DNA from: Nitrososphaerales archaeon
Lineage (GTDB): Archaea > Thermoproteota > Nitrososphaeria > Nitrososphaerales > UBA213
Length of the DNA: 64,000 nt
Assembly (NCBI GenBank): GCA_965197925.1
Contig: CBDAOC010000020.1
Location: 256,001 to 320,000, forward strand
Direction: 5' to 3'
Shown here: piece after piece, positions 57,627-64,000 of the stretch
Position numbering within the stretch: position 1 is the stretch's first letter
How the letters are laid out: each line of letters opens with the position of its first letter
Program-made: the position numbers and the translations under genes
The notes under the pieces: generated by a model
Databases searched by the model: none
What the model was told of the DNA's origin: nothing
Seen by the model: only the letters and a program-made list of their open reading frames with translations

Positions 57627-58550
57627 CTATCTATTATTGCGGATTACATCATTGTCCTTATAGATTGCAGCCCGGCAGCTTTGCGGCAGGAATGCATAGA
57701 TTTGCTGGCGGATTTCATCGAAGGCAAGTGTGTGTGCTCCTTCCTCTGTTCTAATATGCTCTGCAATACTTGTCTTCTTTGTATCAATTACATCTATGAC
57801 TCCCGCTTACCTATTGCACAGTAAAGCCGATGAAGCTTTTTATTGTACCATATCACATCAGGCTCTCCTGCGATAGGAATTTTTTGCACCTCTTGTTCAC
57901 TCTTCTCATCCAATACGACTATTGCTTTTCCATCACATGCCACAAATATGCGTCCAGTTTCCTCATCTATACCGAGGCCATGAGGTCCAGCAACTGAAAT
58001 TGGAATGAAGCCAGCACATGCAAGTGATTCCACATTTAGCATGACCACTCCTGGAGGATCCTTTATGTTCACGAGAAAGCGATCTCTTGCTCTATCGTAG
58101 ATGCACCAACGAGGTCTGCCAGGAAGTCTAACTTTTGATATGCTCGACCCAGTCAGCGGTTCAATCAACCTAGCATGATAATCTTCGACATCTGCCACAA
58201 GTAATTGCTTGTAGGAGGAATCCCACGCAAGCCCGTTTGGCTTGGGTCCAACAGCCACCTCATTTAGAACTTCATTGGATTTGGCATTTATTACGAGAAT
58301 CTTGCCTGCTCCACGAGCAGCTGCAAAGACAAGACCTTCATGCTGAGCGCAAAGTACTCCACTTGCTTCTGGACAATTGGGTATTGTGGCAATATGCATA
58401 TACGTTTTTCCATCGATAATCTCTATACTTCCATTAGCCGTATGCGCTACAAACACCTTTTGCACTTTTACCATCTACATCGCCATGATCAAACCCTCCG
58501 CCATGGGGATGCTTGGGTAGGTCAACGTGCTTGATTAGTTGTAGACCCAT
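57627..58550 (-). pseudogene. YncE-like beta-propeller protein, frameshifted
   Basis: GGGFDHGDVD N-terminus and GAHTLAFD C-terminus lie in different frames from ORF 57794-58474; repeated VGPKPNGLA and GPHGLGID blades. Confidence 0.75.
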
Positions 58551-58944
58551 CTACTTTTATCATCTCTCACTATTTCCTTACTTTGCTGATAATCATTTAT
58601 TGTATAAATATTGTGGAGCTGACGTAGCTTCCTGCAATGCTTGTCCTATGCTTTCCCCCTCAGGCCAGCATTATCAAGCAGTCTGACAATCTCCTCTGTT
58701 CTGTATGCTCTATCCTTTCTTCTAACTAGGTCTTCAGAAACTAAACGGTTAAGTTTCTTCCAAGTAATGGTAATATCATTATTGAATCAGAAATTGTAAA
58801 TTCCATATGGGGTCAGTTGAACTGATTCTGCGTTCGGGTTATCACGTAACATCAACGTTATGATGCATTAATGCAACACAACTAGAGGTATTTAGCTGGT
58901 GAATCAAGCAAAAAATGTCTTTGAAAAAAATAGCATTACTGTTG

Positions 58945-59060
58945 GTGAGTAGAATAGTCTACCTTTTCCTATTAGGTTTTGACCAAGGAATCACATCATT
59001 TAAAGATAATATGCGAAGAAGTATCGAGTCTGAATTAAGCATATCAACAATAACAACTGG
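58945..59060 (-). mobile_element. internal 5' remnant of ISd
   Basis: Similar to 54630-54750. Confidence 0.6.
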
Positions 59061-59568
59061 AAGGTTCTATGTACCTGTGTACGTCCACTCTTTTTTTGTC
59101 TCTCGGTCTACCGGGGATTACGTTCCCACACCACTTTTCAAATTAAGGTTTAACGATTAAATGTCAACTAATTATATCCGTATGGTGCTCTGTATAAATA
59201 TGGAAGACGAAGAGAAAGTTCCTGGATGGGCATATCTCTGTCCATCTTGTGCTGTCTACTACGGTACCCGGGCTCTTGTCAAGGCAATAAGGAAACGAAT
59301 AGTGAAGAAGCATGCAAAAGTCATTGAACAATAAGCTAGAATAACAACGACTCTAACTTAACCAACTGTTTTCACCTTAACAATAAATACAAACTGATTT
59401 TCGTTAATACTTTTTTTAGATCAGCATCTTCACACATTGCTGAAACAAGTGATACTTTCTGTTTTTTATTATCCGCATCTAACCCTAGAATCTTTTACTT
59501 ATAATTCTGATGTATTTTTGTTCTTCGTAAATTCTAGGTAGCGCAATAATTTCTAGTATAGTCCTTGC

Positions 59569-59859
59569 GTGACAGATTGGGTTAGTAAACGTATATCTAG
59601 GAAAGAATTTGTACTTTTGAAGACTTTGAAGAATTATGTTCATGGGAAAGAGGATCAACTCGCTTCATCGGTTAAAGAACAAAGTAAGAGCAACAAGGAG
59701 CAAATATTCATAGAACGGCAGGAAAACGCATCTATGGTAAAGGATGTGGAGAAGTGTGTATTTGATTTTTGTTACCAAAATTACAATGATAGCTTGGATA
59801 TAGCAGATGTAGCTAAGCTTACGGAAGTTCTAATGACTTTGAGGCGATATAATAGATGA
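59569..59859 (+). CDS. hypothetical protein or gene fragment coupled to the YgjP gene
   Basis: ATGA overlap with the next gene. Confidence 0.45.
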   Translation: MTDWVSKRISRKEFVLLKTLKNYVHGKEDQLASSVKEQSKSNKEQIFIERQENASMVKDVEKCVFDFCYQNYNDSLDIADVAKLTEVLMTLRRYNR

Positions 59860-60530
59860 GCGAACTTGTCTATGATACTGGTAATTTGAAAATTCCATAC
59901 ATTGTAAAAAGGAATAAGGTGAAACATGTATACATCAAGGTAAGTCAAAATGGTGTAGAGGTTACCATTCCTAGAAAGAAGGATGTTAGCATTAAAGATC
60001 TATTAGAGGAAAAGAAGGAATGGATAGAAAAGAAGTACAGAGAATTAATGTCTATAAGGTTCACTATAAGCAAAGATAAAGTTCTATTCAAAGGCAGAGA
60101 ATATGACCTTAGATACGAAAAAGGGTATGAATCTATACAAGTTGAAAATGATAGTGTTAAAATCATTGCACCCAATAGAAGACAGTTCTACAATACCTTA
60201 CGTCAATGGATGACCAAAGAATCAAAGAGAATAATTGAGGATATGATAGCAATTTATGCACCTAAACTCGGAGTGAGTTACAATAGATTATTTTTGAGAA
60301 GTTCAAATAGTTGGGGAACGTGTTCTATAATGAAAAACCTTGGTTTCAACTGGCAGTTAGCATCACTTCCCGAGGAGTTGGTAGAGTATGTGATGATACA
60401 TGAATTGGTTCATCTTAAGGAGTTGAATCATTCTAAGAGATTTTGGAATATAGTTGCTTCTCTATGTCCGAACTATAGGCAAAGGCGAAATGAGCTTAAA
60501 TTGTATAGAACCAAAAAGACCATACGATAG
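59856..60530 (+). CDS. YgjP/DUF45 SprT-like metal-dependent hydrolase
   Basis: WGTCS..FNWQL and YVMIHELVHL..NHSKRFW motifs. Confidence 0.88.
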   Translation: MSELVYDTGNLKIPYIVKRNKVKHVYIKVSQNGVEVTIPRKKDVSIKDLLEEKKEWIEKKYRELMSIRFTISKDKVLFKGREYDLRYEKGYESIQVENDSVKIIAPNRRQFYNTLRQWMTKESKRIIEDMIAIYAPKLGVSYNRLFLRSSNSWGTCSIMKNLGFNWQLASLPEELVEYVMIHELVHLKELNHSKRFWNIVASLCPNYRQRRNELKLYRTKKTIR

Positions 60531-60930
60531 CAGTACCTCGCGGATTAGAGGGTTCGCACAAACCATCTATGAATGAAGTCAGATTGAAAGAAATCATCAA
60601 AAGACATCTGTTTAATCATTTGAAATACCTATAGAATAATTGTTATCCTTTTAGTATACCCTTTTGGTGAAGTTTCTTTCCTTACCATTCCTTACCTTTA
60701 CTTTTATTATCTTAATGAATAGAGCACCGTTTATTGAATTGCTAATAGAATACTGAATTCGTTCGTAGTTACGGTTTAGATATTAGGATAATTCATCCTT
60801 TCCTTACCTCTTACCTTACCCCAGAGTAGGGTACAATTTTTGCTTTCTCTTTTTAGCACAAACACCTGAAGAAAATTATAGTCTAGTGTTAATTCGACTC
60901 ATTCTAGATATAGATTCACTACTCGTTAGC

Positions 60931-61093
60931 GGGTTTGATAAAGCTAGGAGCATCGTTCTGATTTCTATATTGCTATACCAGCTGATGGTATACTAGAATT
61001 TGACAGAAAGACCTCTGAGGGCATTGCAGCACATGTTGGGAAGCTAATGAAACAATATCAAAATATTATTATTATTGAATTTGCCCAAACTTC
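60931..61093 (+). mobile_element. 3'-end remnant of ISd
   Basis: Near-identical to 33770-33938. Confidence 0.7.
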
Positions 61094-61392
61094 AAATACT
61101 TAGTTACATGATATGTTTATCAAATTTATATGGGTCAAACCCAGATGTGTGCAATGGCAAGGAAAAGAAGAAACTCGCCTCCACCTTCTCGTGCAACTCA
61201 TGTTACAGGTAAGTGCCTAAAATGTGATTATTACGGCAGGATAAGAACTAAGAGTGTAAAAGACGATATAGAGTTTGTTTGCTCTAACTGTGGACATCAT
61301 TGGAAACCCTAGATTAATTATAAGATGAAGAGTGAACTGTCTTATTGAGAAAGGGGTACAGTATTTGTTGGTGAATAGTAGGAATGAACTTT

Positions 61393-61534
61393 CTCTTTTC
61401 CTATTAGGTTTTGACCAAGGAATCACGTCAATCAAAAATAATATACGAAGAAGTATCGAGTCTGAGCTAAACATATCAACAATAAAAACTAGAACCTGAT
61501 CTTATCGTTTCGAACTAAATTACGCCCAAGCCTC
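61393..61534 (-). mobile_element. left-end remnant of ISd
   Basis: Near-identical to 54655-54794, including the TIR. Confidence 0.8.
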
Positions 61535-61636
61535 AGATAGATACCATTTACCCTTGGGCCTAGTAACATTATAGAAAAAGCAGGTAGAGACCCAATGTTT
61601 TGACGTGTCAGATTCTCAAAGGAAAGGAATAAAAAA

Positions 61637-61917
61637 TTACTCTTCCTCTTCTTTACTTCCTTCTCGCAATTCCCTATCAATCTGTTCCTTCAATGAGATG
61701 TATCTCCTGAATTTCATATCCCATGCGGCGAAGAACAATCGTTCTTTGAACCCTATGTATAGCCAGATTGATGCAAGGATAACTGAAACTATGGTAAATA
61801 GAAGGATTAGTCCGATGTCAGGGTGTCTATGCAGGAGGAAACCCAGAAACCTGGGATGTCCTGCAACTACCGCTGCCATAATCAAAGCTATCGGAGCAAG
61901 GATGAATGAAGATATTA
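61637..61917 (-). pseudogene. membrane protein, 5'-truncated by ISa copy 4
   Basis: Hydrophobic reading frame runs up to the IS end. Confidence 0.5.
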
Positions 61918-62800
61918 TAAGTCATCCCAATACTCTCCAATACATCATAATCGACGAAATGATAACAAATGCCAGATAGTTTTGTGCATTCTTCTCATAT
62001 CTGATCCTGGTTCTGTGGAACCCATTCTTCAACCAGGCAAAGAATCTCTCCACAACATAGCGCGTCTTGCCGTATAGGTATTGTTCTGTATTATCATTTT
62101 GTTGTTGTGTCTTACTGTTTTTTCTGTAAGGTATGCGGCCAGGGATTTTTCTTTTGGTGAGGTATTTCCTGATGAATTCTGCATCATAGCCCTTGTCTGC
62201 TTGGCACCGCGCAATTTTTCTGATAGATCTCTCATCCAGATATTGTGAGATGCCATCCATCACGTCTACAAATCTTGCAGAGTCATGCTGATTTGCAGGA
62301 CCCATCACTACTGAGACTGGCAGTCCGTTTTGTTCCACCGCAACGTGTATTTTTGTGCCTGAAATCCTGTTGAATCCGTTGTATCCTATGACGCTTCCCC
62401 TTTTTTGGCCGGAACTGATGACGAATCGACTGATATTTTTTGCAGCTGCATCTTGCCTGATCTGTGGGCTGATTTGACTGCAGCGGAGAGGATATTCTTC
62501 CATATTCCACGTCGCTGCCAGTTCTGCAGTCTGCGGTGCGCAGTTGATTTGGAGCCGTACCTTTGTGACATCCCAGTCCACCTGCATCCTGTTATCCCGA
62601 CAAACAGGATTCCGTTGACTGTCTTTCTGTCGTCTGCCCTTGGCCTTCCGGTTCTGGCTGGCTTGGGGAGATGCGGTGATATCATCTTCCATTGTTCACC
62701 TGTTATCTCCTGAAATTTCATGATCTGCTACGGGCAGCATTGCAAATAGATCCAAATGATCGTCAATTATTCACTAAATGATCAGTTTTGGGATCAGTTG
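61918..62800 (-). mobile_element. ISa copy 4 (apparently intact transposase)
   Basis: 883 bp; ORF1 62386-62721 and an uninterrupted ORF2 (GPANQHD..ADKGYD..VERFFAWLK) to 61922, joined at AAAAAAGGGG. Confidence 0.93.
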
Positions 62801-62982
62801 GTAATGAAAACATATTCTTGGTTGTATTCATATGGAAAATAAGTTAGTCGAGCACTTCCAATATACCTTCACGTTTTTCCTTGTCATTTGATGAAGGTTG
62901 ATCCTTAGATTCCGACATATATGCATGGTCAGTGTAGGGCATTAACTTAAAAAGATTAGTTAACTTTGTTCTCGAAATCATC

Positions 62983-63267
62983 TCAATCTTTCCTGGGGAA
63001 TAAGTCTTCATAAGGGTCTAGGATCTTCCTACTAAAATTTCTGCCACTTTCTGTAACACTATATTTTATGATCTTTTTATTACCCCATGGTTGATCAGTT
63101 CTGTTTATGAACCCCTTCCGCTGAAAGCTATCTAGAATGCTTCTATGTTTTGTCAAATTGAGACCACAATAGCTCAATAGGGTGGTCTGGTTGAGTTCTC
63201 TATGCTCCATAAGTTTGAGAATAATATCTTTTATAATATAGATGCTGTCTCGATACTCGTGTGACAT
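62983..63267 (-). CDS. winged-helix transcriptional regulator
   Basis: YRDSIYIIKDI, LLSYCGLN and YSVTESG motifs. Confidence 0.8.
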   Translation of the reverse strand: MSHEYRDSIYIIKDIILKLMEHRELNQTTLLSYCGLNLTKHRSILDSFQRKGFINRTDQPWGNKKIIKYSVTESGRNFSRKILDPYEDLFPRKD

Positions 63268-64000
63268 CTATTGCCTTTTAAGATTAAGTATTATTTGTAC
63301 TTGACACGGAAATTTTTCACAAGTCGTTAAAGTCCTCTAGCAACTCACGGGTGTATTTTTCTTGCTGCAAAGTATCCAATACCTTTACTACTTGATTCAA
63401 GCAATCATACTTGTCCGCACTTATCATCGATAGTTATGTTGTAACCTAACATATATTTTAAGATTGCGACCCTCTTTCCTTTTTAAATGCTTCCAGAATA
63501 TCTGAAGGGCTAAGTTGTAATTCTATAGACATTTGAACTCCTCTTCTTTTTTAAGCTAGGACAAAAGCGGAACTAGGACTGGGATTCTTACAACAATAAA
63601 CTTTGTAAAAGCGGAAGAGTAAGTTCATGGAAACGCCGATCTGGTGAGGGAAGATTAGAGTACACAATCATTTATTCTTACAAGTGCCAATATTCCAGAG
63701 AAACGGTCTTATATCATCAATCGTCTCAATTTTGTTCTTATACAAGGGTAATATGCCATAGACCATTTCATAGGGGCTTAATTTTAGTCTCGCCCTTGCG
63801 TTGAACAATCCCTCTGGAGTAAGAAAATACTCTCTCCTAGAGAAACATGGTTCACTAAAGGAATGACATTAAACTGATAGCATTCATCTAGCTTCCTGCT
63901 CCATTGCATATTCAACCCAAGCCATTGTATGGCTGATATCTTGCCATGCAACTGGCGCTAATTCCTTTACCTTGCCAAGGTGAATAACGGGATGCATACT

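Noticed and set aside
63500..64000. minus-strand protein-like fragment at the window end
   Set aside because: Interrupted by stops and not identifiable.

Overview
This window is archaeal. The gene set and protein style (aroA'/aroB' pathway, UbiD, PAC4-like protein, S-layer-type C-terminal domains, a D-loop intron in tRNA-Pro) point to Nitrososphaerota (Thaumarchaeota); this is inference, as no search was run. Bases 1-21 kb are mostly intact core genes (Lrp, cyoE, UbiD, ilvD, glycerate kinase, NfeD/stomatin). They are interrupted by one IS5-family element and by a decayed ~4.5 kb element integrated in tRNA-Pro(TGG), bounded by a 40-bp att duplication next to a tyrosine-integrase relic. Bases 21-64 kb are an IS-rich accessory region with about six IS types, labelled here ISa-ISe plus an ISL2-like element, and many frameshifted genes. 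Highlights: (1) a three-level nested IS stack whose halves lie ~9 kb apart in opposite orientation, implying an inversion, with a 15-bp target duplication; (2) a ~3.9 kb virus-like module with an iteron/palindrome cluster, a packaging-type ATPase, membrane proteins and its own promoter motif; (3) a motif shared by the left ends of three different IS types; (4) a 28-bp tandem array carrying colinear copies of its own downstream flank; (5) a CBS-malic enzyme fusion; (6) a candidate four-hairpin ncRNA.
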